The notes below the pieces were generated by a model that saw only the letters and a program-made list of their open reading frames with translations, was not told the DNA's origin and searched no databases. The translations under genes and the position numbers were made by a program. A DNA stretch of 35,214 bases from Octopus bimaculoides (taxonomy: Eukaryota): assembly GCF_001194135.2 (NCBI RefSeq), contig NC_068984.1:93974318-94009531 (forward strand), given 5' to 3'. Below, piece after piece: positions 11,033-21,248 of this stretch. Positions within the stretch are counted from its first letter, which is position 1. Every line of letters starts with the position of its first letter.

Positions 11033-11202
11033 CTTAAAAGAGGAAAAAAAGAATATTTAGTCATCACATACATTGAAATTAAAACAAAAATGTTTTAAGA
11101 CAAAATGTTTAATTCATATTTTATTTATAGTGAAGAATTACATATTGTTAAAAACAATAATGGCTACAGAGTTGCAAGAAATAAAATCTTAAAATATTAT
11201 TG

Positions 11203-11260
11203 ATGGTGGTGCCCCAACATTACCACAGCCTCTGGGCTGTAACAAGAAAAGATTAAAAGA
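11203..11260 (+). mobile_element. Isolated CR1/L2-type LINE/SINE 3' tail
   Basis: ggtggtgccccaacattaccacagcctctgggctgtaacaagaaaag; homologous to the tails at 4621-4668 and 20851-20891. Confidence 0.5.
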
Positions 11261-12157
11261 ATATATTTTTCAAAACAATAATGTACGAAAAATAGACTGA
11301 TTGAAAGCATTTGCTGGACTGAAGTTCAGATGTGAAAGTTAAGAATAAGTTGGTTCTGCCAAATTTCCCAAACATGATGCAACAAAACAAAGCGGAAGCT
11401 TTTATGTGCTTGTTTACAGCTAAATTTTTCATTAACAACATCCTACCATTTTAAAAATGAAAGGAAAATATATAACTATGAAAACACAATACTAGATACA
11501 CTATGCCTTGTCAGGATACTCATGAGTGTTGCTGGTAACATGTAACCCAGGATGACCTGTTGCATGCTCAGGTTGTCAGTGACTAAACTGGTAAATCTAC
11601 TGAGCCTATTTGATGAGGAGGCTGATTTTTGGACACACTGCAAGATGAAAACAAAACCTGTCAAAGGGTGGACAAACTCAGGAGAGTCAATGGTCATCCA
11701 ACTGCATGTACATATACATGTTTAAGAGGCATGTGATGACTGGAGTTTTTGGTAGTCAAGTTTCAATAGGCAGAAAGGAAATGTCCAGCAACACTGCTGT
11801 AGAACATATACTTCAGAGCATAATGAGATACATAGATTATCCTGATCATTTCACTGCAGAACCCCTAGTTATCTTAGCCACACCATATCATAAGACTAGG
11901 AAATCAGAGATGAGAGGTGAGAAATGGAACAATTTTCCTTCATTATAAATTAAGACTGAAAAAGTCAGCTGGTGATGAGAGAGCAGCAATTCAAACAGAA
12001 AGAGAGGAAACATCATATGATCAACAGAGAAGACAAGAAAACAATACTTTTTTCTGTTATATATCAAATAAATGTCAGGAAGGAAAAGTATAGTAGATCC
12101 ATTGTTTATATGGGCATATTATGACTATAAATCTTTCAATAGAAATTTATGTCTCAC

Positions 12158-12379
12158 CTCATCTCCTTTATATGGTTGATACTCAAACTTTTTTGGTAAC
12201 ATGAACATAGCATTGTGTAACTCAAGGAACTTTTGTTTGTCTGCCCGAGCATCAAGACCTTGGATGCATTGATTCAGTCGGTCAATAGCTCTCTGGTGAG
12301 AGTTACGTAACTGTTCGTGGGATGAAAGATACATTTTCATAGTTCGAGCAACACAACTATGGTAACCAAAATTCATACA
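12158..12379 (-). CDS. SRGAP: srGAP-family coding exon (F-BAR C-terminal part)
   Basis: ccttacag|TGT ATG AAT ... GAT GAG|gtgaga; 222 nt, phase 0/0; CMNFGYHSCVARTMKMYLSSHEQL...LDARADKQKFLELHNAMFMLPKKFEYQPYKGDE matches srGAP C.DLGYH...DKQ..ME....F..P.KFEFQPH.GD. Confidence 0.93.
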
Positions 12380-12439
12380 CTGTAAGGAAAAAAGAAGTAT
12401 AAATATTTAAAATCAGTGTCTATGATAAATGTTAGAACA

Positions 12440-13140
12440 AATTCCACAACCATCCTCAATTACTACCACTTAAACTCACAAACCATGACTTTTTTGTAGG
12501 AGAGATAGTATACAATCAATTATCTTAACTTCACTTTCAATAAAGGTTTCAAAACTTCCAAAGCCACTTAAGTCATTTGTACTGTGTAGAGAAAGTGGCA
12601 TTACTGAGAGAGCTGCATACAAGTGGTTTTCACACTGAAGGGGAAATTCAACCTCATAGATTCTCTGCATTCCAATTGGCCTGTTCGTTCAAATGAAAAT
12701 TGATTGAATGAGCTCATCTCATTCACAAGAATCTATGCCAATCAACTAAGAATACTATCACATGTCACCATCACTCACTGGACAATTCAACTGAAATGAT
12801 CAGACTGAAGACACAGCATGCTTCTTCAACATGATGGCACTCACCTCCACATCATTAAGTTGACCAATAATGCTATTTAAGAGCTCAGTTACGAAGTTCT
12901 ACTACACTCACTGTATTCTCCTGATATACTGCTTACTGCTTTCATATTATCACTTTTTATAGTTGTTTGCCAACAGTTTGCAAGGCATTTTGTTCAACAA
13001 TGACATGGAGCTGAAACTATGGCTTGATAAATTCTCCCAGTCAAGATCTAGTGATTTTTACCATCAAGGCACTAACAAGCTAGCAGAATGTTGGTAAGTT
13101 GTGAACAATAAAAGAGAATGTTTTATTGACAAGGTTGTTA
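12440..13140 (+). mobile_element. Highly decayed, internally deleted mariner
   Basis: Broken frames ESGITERAAYKWFS (HTH region), MLLQHDGTHLH, LYSPDI, WLDKFSQSRSSDFYHQGTNKLAECW*VVNNKRECFID. No convincing TIR pair. Confidence 0.7.
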
Positions 13141-13362
13141 TAACTGTTAATGAATAATAAGGATTAGAATACATTGAACAAAAAAAAAAGAGAAAAAAAA
13201 AACGAACAAATTTATCTCATAATATTAGTTACTTCATCATTAAACATGACAAAAAGTAACCTTTTGCTCAAATTAAATTGAAATTTAGATTTTAAGCCTA
13301 TATTCTGTAAATAGTTTGCTACTGGGATGCTAGGTTTCAATATAGATTTTGTAAAGCTATAT

Positions 13363-13535
13363 CATCATCATTTAACATTTGGTTTCCATGGTAGCATGTG
13401 TTGGACAGTCTAACAGGGGCTGGCAAGGCTGGGAGCTGTACCAGGCTCAATTGTCTGTTTTGAATGGTTTCTACAGATGGATGCCCTTCCTAATGCCAAC
13501 CACTTTACAGAGTGTACTGGGTGCTTTTAGGATCA
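13363..13535 (-). mobile_element. RTE 3' tail fragment
   Basis: catcatcatttaac...tttccatggtagcatgtgttggac...gtttctacagatggatgcccttcctaatgccaaccac; homologous to 4108-4570 and 21249-21430. Confidence 0.75.
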
Positions 13536-13733
13536 TCAAGTACCTTGCAAGACAAAAAAGGCAAAACCCCTCAACTGGGAGTAAAGAGTTATATTGAGGA
13601 GGGGGCTTTGTAAATGATACCATAAAGATGAAAATCAAAATCAAGATAAAAAGTCTTTAAAAGATAAAATAATAATAAATGGATAATGATAATAATGATG
13701 ATAACAGTAATGAACATGAACTTTTTCACTTAC

Positions 13734-13862
13734 ATCCATAAGGTCTGTGATATCATCAGAGTAATATTTATTGATGGCAGCATTAGCAGACTCTATACAT
13801 AAAAGATAATCATTTCGTGCTTTCAAAGCCTTTAATTTGTTCTCATTGTATTTGTGTTTCCG
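13734..13862 (-). CDS. SRGAP: srGAP-family coding exon (F-BAR)
   Basis: tttgtag|CGG AAA CAC ... ATG GAT|gtaagt; 129 nt, phase 0/0; RKHKYNENKLKALKARNDYLLCIESANAAINKYYSDDITDLMD matches the srGAP KYxENKLKAxKARNEYLL...KYY..D..DL.D motif. Confidence 0.93.
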
Positions 13863-14749
13863 CTACAAATAGAAAGTAAATATACCAAATATATAGGATA
13901 CATAAATAAAAGCTAATTTGAACATGACTTCTTGTGATATTCCTCCTGCCAAAGCCAGCAATGATTTTCATTTATTTATTTTATGAAATAGCCAAATTGT
14001 AAGAGACAAAAAAGCAGAGAATGAAATAAAATACAAAAAAGGTGAAGAAAGAGAAAGGAGAAAAAGAGTCATAGAGAAATCAAGAAAAAGTGAGGAAGAG
14101 AAAATTAAAGAAGTGAGAATTAAAGATACATCTATTTAAGAATAAACAAGAACAAGGAACCTCCAATGTAGTTGTGCAACTACTGCAAACAGCATCTGGA
14201 TCTTGCTTAAACCATACCCTACTGTGGTCAGTAAAGGATACACTTGGACAATGTAGTTTCTGATATGTCAAAAAAAACAAACAAACAAAAAAACAACCTA
14301 TGATCAAAGATTGGAATGCAGGTTAGAAGCTAAAAACATTTTAATAAATTAGAAAGATGTTTATCTTGATTAACAATGCATAATCATTCTTATAAGGCCT
14401 AATTCTTTAGGATTAGAAGTCTAAGAGCATCTAAAGGTTTCATGAATACTCTATTGTCCAATTCTTCCTTAGAAATGACTGAATTCTGACAAATAGTAAT
14501 TGTATGTGAGCATGTGCTTATGTATTTTGTGATAAAATAAGGACTAATAGAAATATCAAAGCACTTTTGTTGAATTTAAACAGGTTAAGGCATTTGCAAC
14601 CCCTAATGCCAGGAAACATGAAGTCAATGAAATTTGACAGTAGAGCATTTATTTATCGTCAAACAAGACTAAACTCAATTTTGTTGAATAACTACATGAG
14701 AAAAAATTTGGAAAAAACAGACAGAACATTGGATTAATGATATTGCATG

Positions 14750-16177
14750 TCTATAATATAAATCCCGGTGTGTGTGTGCGCGCATGCGTGTGTGTGTAAA
14801 AGATTATAACGGCTGTGTTTTTCAACTGATTTTCTCCAAACTGGGAACATGCATTACTTACATTCCAGAGATGGTTTTAGACTCTTAAAATTTTTCACAT
14901 AATGAGTAACAGGCCCCATGGGGGTAGAAAATAGCTATTCCTGGAGAAGGGAGGTAACTCTTTGCAAAGTAACTTTCAGAAACTGATTGTCTTCTTTACA
15001 TCCATTGGTCAAAAAATCATCACAATCTCATCTAATATATAAAATAGAGATGTGTGTGTATTCACTTTTCACATGTATCTCTATCTCTCTATCAATCGCT
15101 ATTGTTTTCACTGTAAGTTTTCAATTGCTATTTAAAAACAACAACAACAAATTACTGACAGAAAGAAGTTCACAATTACTGATGAAAGTAATTTCATACA
15201 TAATTTACTGACAGAAGTAACTTCAAAAATTTCACTCAAATCCGTACACTAAGTTAATTTCCCTAAAAATTACTTATTTACTTTGCAATGGTTTTGTGTT
15301 TTTCTATTGTTAACAGATTTTTTTCTGGTTCCTACGATACTGGCTCTTTGGTTCACTAAGTGACAAATTTTGCTTCAACCTGTACAATTCTTTATTTTCT
15401 GTAATAATTTCTTATTTACTTTCTGCCCATTGTATTAAGAAATATAATTTCCATTACCCAGTTATTTTCATTATTTACTATTTTCTGCACACATGTATTT
15501 CTGTATATGTATATAACCATGCCTAGAAGGAAAGTGTCAAATTTGTCTACAATGTCAAGGTCAGCCAAAAGAATGTCTCTGTCCAGGGAAAGAGAAACCG
15601 CTGCAGAAAGGGAAGCATACCAAGAAACAAACAGACTGAGCACTAAAAAAGTCAGAGCATCTCAAAGTGATGAACAGAGGTATGCATGGCTGACAAGGAA
15701 TAGGATCTCCACTGTAGAATGAAGAACAATTGCAACAGCTCAGAGAAGCAACTTCTATGAAGTAGCCTTCAATTAGCAATTCATTATGCAGATAACACTA
15801 CAGTTTCCATTGGTGCGATGACAACTGAGTGCATACATTGTAAAGCAAAGAAGTGACCTGGAGAGACACCTGCACTGTGCTGCAGTAGTGGAAAGGTTAA
15901 ACTCCCTGCAATCCCCCAACCTCCAGAGCCATTAAAGAAACTGTTGTCATCAACTGACTAAGATTCCAAGCACTTCCAAAACAAAATTAGACAATACAAT
16001 GCTGCACTACAGATGACATCATTTGAAGCCACAAGAAATTTAACTGAGCCAGGATTCATGCAAACTTTCAAGATCCAAGGTCATATTTATCATTGGATTG
16101 GCTCTGTACTATCTCTGTCAAATGAATCACCAAAATCAGCCTTTNNNNNNNNNNNNNNNNNNNNNNNNNNNNNNNNN

Positions 16178-16209
<32 letters not shown>

Positions 16210-16389
16210 TTGAAAACTTTCTTTTAACATTTCAATTAACATCTATGTTCTATGCTGGCATGGGTTGGAGAGTTATTAATGTAGAAAATTAGTATCTCAG
16301 CTACTAGCAGTTGAGACATGCGTAACCTATATGGCATTTAAAAATTTTATTATTCTCATTAACCCAGGCAATGCCGGTATATCTGCTAA
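14750..16389 (+). mobile_element. Internally deleted Helitron with N-terminal RepHel remnant
   Basis: 5' TCTATAATATAAA at 14750; ATG at 15519 (MPRRKVSNL...); CIHCKAKK*PGETPALCCSSGKVKLPAIPQPPEPL and QYNAALQMTSFEA...GFMQTFKIQGHIYHWIG. 3' hairpin-like acccaggcaatgccggt followed by CTAA (degenerate CTAG) at 16386-16389. A gap and (TA)n lie inside. Confidence 0.8.
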
Positions 16390-16463
16390 ACCAAGTATTA
16401 TAACATAAAACATGTTTGAATCTATTAGCATAAAATAACATAAATTAAAACTGAACAGCTTAC

Positions 16464-16619
16464 CTTTTCTTCCCTATGTTCAAATCTTTTTAAACTTCTT
16501 GTGGTTCCAGTTTTACCTTGGAGTTGTTGTTCAAGTTTCTTCTTTTGTGCTTGGACATCTTGCAATTTAGCTTCAGCATTCTTAGCTTCAGCTTGATATG
16601 CATGATAAGTCTTCATTGC
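16464..16619 (-). CDS. SRGAP: srGAP-family coding exon (F-BAR), first exon visible in window
   Basis: ttttgcag|GCA ATG AAG ... GAA AAG|gtaagc; 156 nt, phase 0/0; AMKTYHAYQAEAKNAEAKLQDVQAQKKKLEQQLQGKTGTTRSLKRFEHREEK resembles the srGAP MKTYHxY...AxxKL segment (recognised from memory). Confidence 0.9.
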
Positions 16620-17266
16620 CTGCAAAACAATACAATCATTCAGGTAGTAAGTATGGGAAAACTTCTCTTATACAAATATATGCATATAAAATCTCATTAC
16701 TAAAGTATGTTTATACCAACTTTACCATTTAGTTCTCATGTAGAACATGTTCCTGGCTACTTCTTCCTTAATCCTTTTCAGTTATCACTTGTTTGAATGT
16801 CTGTGTGTGTGTCTGTGTGTATGCATGCATACATGTATATACATATATACATGCATGTTCTTTATGGCCATGCCCACACATCTCTCAGTTGAAAGGTCAT
16901 TGACTCGTGAGCTCCTGGGTGCTAGCGCTATGTAAAAAGCACCTGTGCTGGTGCCACAGAGAAGTATGCATGCCAGTGCCATGAAACAGCTGATTTTGAT
17001 CAGAACAATATGAGAAGAAAGTTCACATCCAGAACTTCAAAATGATATATAATTTTCCATGGAACAAATGTATTTTCACATAAAAATCATCAAGCAGAAA
17101 GTGTGTTTTTATGTGATCAAACCTTCAATTCTTTGTATCAGTAATCTTATTGCTTATGTGAGCTGTTCTTCATTGTTTGCACAGCATGTTACCTGCAAGG
17201 TTCTGGTGCACAATGGGTCAAAATTATCATAGTGAATAAGGAGTTTCATGAATTCCATTTTCTTTT

Positions 17267-17319
<53 letters not shown>

Positions 17320-17425
17320 TATACACACACACATATCTATATATATACACACACATATATATATATACATACATACATATATATATATACACACACACAT
17401 ATATACATATATATATACACACACA

Positions 17426-17985
17426 TGGTGGTTGTCTACTCCTTACACAGAGTTTGACCACCTCCTGTACCTACACCTTAGCTCCTTCATGGTGTCTGAT
17501 GTGGCTTTTTAAACCAGACAGTGTTTTGAAAAAACACCCACACAGATTGCACCTCTGATTTGAACTACCAATACCTGCAGATAAGTTCTGCTCATTGTGG
17601 ATCTTAACATGTCTTTTATGACCCCCATTGGATTTGCAAGCCTTCTGGCATACACTACATTCAAATGTGTGCACAGACATATAGTCAGAACAGTTAGTTG
17701 AAGTTTGTTTCCCATGGGTTCGCAGGTGAGATTTGAGGCCAGCCAAAGACAGGCATGGTCTGTCACAGACTGTGCACACAAAAAGGTCTTTGTCATTCAC
17801 CTTCTCGATCTTAACATTCTTCCTTAAATATCTTTTCAGTCTTGCTTGCGTTATTCTGGCCTCTTCAAACGCTTTCATTCCATTCCACACATTTGTTCAC
17901 CATCCAACTCGATCCGAAGCGAGGGTTTCTATATCTTCTGGAACCATTCCAAGTGACTTCATAGTATTCCTTATGCCATCTTTAT
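17426..17985 (-). mobile_element. 5'-truncated RTE-type LINE 3' end encoding three C2H2 zinc fingers
   Basis: [51 protein letters not shown] is an RTE-type C-terminus. It is followed by CTVC..HLRTH, CSVC..HVKIH and CNLC..HIRHH; stop at 17471; (CA/TG)n on both sides. Confidence 0.75.
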
Positions 17986-18022
<37 letters not shown>

Positions 18023-18157
18023 CACACACATATACATATATAGACACACATATATATACGCACACATATATATATACACATATATAACATATATATATAT
18101 ATACACACACATATACATATATAGACACACATATATAACATATATATATATATATAG

Positions 18158-18202
<45 letters not shown>

Positions 18203-18269
18203 TATATATATATATACATATATACATACACATATATACACACACATATATATGCACATACATATATAT

Positions 18270-18306
<37 letters not shown>
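17986..18306. repeat. Compound (CA)n/(TA)n/(TACA)n microsatellite
   Basis: Direct reading; runs into a gap. Confidence 0.95.
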
Positions 18307-18960
18307 NNNNNNNNNNNNNNNNNNNNNNNNNNNNNNNNNNNNNNNNNNNNNNNNNNNNNNNNNNNNNNNNNNNNNNNNNNNNNNNNNNNNNNNNNNNNNN
18401 NNNNNNNNNNNNNNNNNNNNNNNNNNNNNNNNNNNNNNNNNNNNNNNNNNNNNNNNNNNNNNNNNNNNNNNNNNNNNNNNNNNNNNNNNNNNNNNNNNNN
18501 NNNNNNNNNNNNNNNNNNNNNNNNNNNNNNNNNNNNNNNNNNNNNNNNNNNNNNNNNNNNNNNNNNNNNNNNNNNNNNNNNNNNNNNNNNNNNNNNNNNN
18601 NNNNNNNNNNNNNNNNNNNNNNNNNNNNNNNNNNNNNNNNNNNNNNNNNNNNNNNNNNNNNNNNNNNNNNNNNNNNNNNNNNNNNNNNNNNNNNNNNNNN
18701 NNNNNNNNNNNNNNNNNNNNNNNNNNNNNNNNNNNNNNNNNNNNNNNNNNNNNNNNNNNNNNNNNNNNNNNNNNNNNNNNNNNNNNNNNNNNNNNNNNNN
18801 NNNNNNNNNNNNNNNNNNNNNNNNNNNNNNNNNNNNNNNNNNNNNNNNNNNNNNNNNNNNNNNNNNNNNNNNNNNNNNNNNNNNNNNNNNNNNNNNNNNN
18901 NNNNNNNNNNNNNNNNNNNNNNNNNNNNNNNNNNNNNNNNNNNNNNNNNNNNNNNNNNNN

Positions 18961-19188
18961 CATAAAAGACACCATTTCGAGCGTGGCCGTTTTCGTGCGG
19001 GTGACACGTAAAAGCACCCACTACACTCTCTGAGTGGTTGGCGTTAGGAAGGGCATCCAGCTGTAGAAACTCTGCCAAATCAGACTGGAGCCTGGTGTTG
19101 CCATCCGGTTTCACCAGTCCTCAGTCAAATCGTCCAACCCATGCTAGCATGGAAAGCGGACGTTAAACGATGATGATGATGATGATGA
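18961..19188 (+). mobile_element. RTE 3' tail fragment (5' part hidden in gap)
   Basis: ...gagtggttggcgttaggaagggcatccagctgtagaaac...gcatggaaagcggacgttaaac(gat)n. Confidence 0.85.
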
Positions 19189-19435
19189 TATATATACATA
19201 TATATATATATATACATACATATATGTATATACATACATATATGCATATATACATACATATATATTCATACATACATATGTATATACATATATATATGTA
19301 TATACATGCATATATATATATATACATACATTTCTATATGTATACACAAACACATACTATACATATATATATACACATACATAAATATAGATACATACAT
19401 ATATATCTATGTATATACATACATACATATATATA

Positions 19436-20666
19436 TTGTGTTGTCCGGAAAGCTCGTGCCGATTTTTAAAGGAAAGAAAAAGGTCAATAAATACTTGCCA
19501 TTACATTTTTAATCAACCAAATATGAACCATTTTGTTGCACAATGCGTCACCATCTTTCCTTTTACTTGAAAATACCCTCTTCCAGAATTGAGGTGGTTT
19601 TTATGGCAAAGAATTCAAGGTATCTTTTTACGTCATCCAAAAAACTGGAATTTTTACCATTAAGACTATTCTGCAGAGACCTGAACAAGTGGAAATCCGA
19701 AGGAACAATATCTGGTGAATATGCAGGGTAGGGTAACACATCCCAGCCGAGCTGCAGCAATTTTTGTCTGGTTCCCCCCAAAATGTGCGGTCTTGCGTTA
19801 TCATGTTGGAAAACAACACACTTCCTGTTGGCCAATTCTGGATGTTTCTCTTGAATTGCTGCTTTTAACTCGTCCAGTTGTGTGCAGTATTTCTCATAAT
19901 TGTCTGGTTACTTGGGGGAAGCTCATAGTACAGAATTCCTTTCCAATCCCACCAGACACAAAGCAAGATTTTTTAGGGTGAAAACCCATTTTTGGGGTGG
20001 CTAAGGGTGGCTCATGTCGCTTACCTTGGTAGATAATACATTTCTCATCACCTGTCACAATTTGCTTTAAAAAAGGCGCGTTTTCATTCCGTTTATAAAG
20101 CAAATCTCAGATGGAAATGAGATCCAAAAGGTTCTTCTCACTCAACTCAGGTAGTACCCAAACATCGTAGCGATTTCTGTACCCAAGATTTACCAGGAGC
20201 TCATGAATGATGGATTTTGACAAGTTGAGGCTTTCTGCCAATTCTCGGGTTATGCAATGTGGGTTATCCTCAATTAATGACTTGATTTGGTCATCATCTG
20301 TAGTGGATGGTCTGCCTGATCGCTCTTTATTAATAAGGATACAATCTCCAGCACGGAACCCTGCAAACCACTTCCGTACAGTTCTTTAAGATAAAGAAAC
20401 ATCACCACAAACTGTGCATATTTCTGTGGTTGCTTGTGTGACATTTTTCCCTTTACGGAAAAAAGAAAAGCATCAAGTGCCGAAAATGAACTTTATTATC
20501 TTCCATTTTAAAGGGTTACAGAATTAACACAGGTTATAGAAACATAAACCTTCTTCCAAGAAAAGATAGCTTAAACTGTGCTCTAAATGGAGGCGTAGTC
20601 AAATACTATTTTATAAGTCGAAAGGTAAGCTACTATAAATCGGCACAAACTTTGCGGACAACCCAA
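19436..20666 (-). mobile_element. Near full-length mariner (D,D34D) with broken transposase
   Basis: TA target sites on both sides. TIRs ttgtgttgtccggaaagctcgtgccgatt (19436) and rc ttgggttgtccgcaaagtttgtgccgatt (to 20666). Motifs IVTGDEK, QHDNARPH, YSPDIVPSDFHLF; 1231 bp. Confidence 0.92.
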
Positions 20667-20669
20667 TAT

Positions 20670-20714
<45 letters not shown>

Positions 20715-20828
20715 TATACATACATATACATATATACATACATATACATATATACATGCATATACATACATATATATACATAGATATATATACATACATA
20801 TATGAATATGCATACACATACATATCAT

Positions 20829-21237
20829 TTTTGTTTCATTTTATTTTATCTAGTTTCAGCTCATGAGCTGTGGCCATGCTGGGGCACCGCCATTTGGTGT
20901 TGCTACACAATTTTACTTCACAAATTTTACTTCAGGAATTGACATTTGGTGCATGAGAGAGTTTGATGCAGCTGCTCTCATCTGCACCTCCTGCCGTGAA
21001 GTTGGTTCATCTGGGACACCTGACAGGAAGAGGTCCAGCCTCATCTTGAAGACACCTATATCCACCGCATGCAGGTCTCTCAGGTCCCTCGGGAGGATAT
21101 TGAAGAGCTGTGGACCTCTGACGCCCAGGCTATTGCAGTATCTTGTCCTACATCTTGATGGAAAATTTGGAGTCCTTGGCACTATGCAATGGCGTCCAGT
21201 TCTTTTATTTGTGTAACTTTCAATGCCAAAGTTTATC
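20829..21237 (-). mobile_element. CR1/L2-type LINE 3' end
   Basis: NFGIESYTNKRTGRHCIVPR...NSLGVRGPQLFNILPRDLR...FKMRLDLFLSGVPDEP; 3' UTR with stem-loop and (AAAAT)n-like tail. Confidence 0.8.
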
Positions 21238-21248
21238 ATCAAAATATA

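Noticed and set aside
11557-11637. Possible 81-nt phase-0 cassette exon (CVQKSASSSNRLSRFTSLVTDNLSMQQ) with a good acceptor ttttcatcttgcag
   Set aside because: The donor (CAG|gtcatc) is weak, I see no srGAP similarity, and the flanking exons already join in frame. RNA-seq junction reads would settle it.
17471-17890. 139-aa C2H2 ORF as a host zinc-finger gene
   Set aside because: It is continuous with an RTE-type C-terminal motif, lacks TGEKP linkers, has a LINE-like tail and is 5'-truncated in a microsatellite.
17897-17899. In-frame TGA as selenocysteine or readthrough
   Set aside because: It falls where Arg (CGA) would fit the W-R motif, so a CpG transition explains it. No SECIS-like element was recognised.
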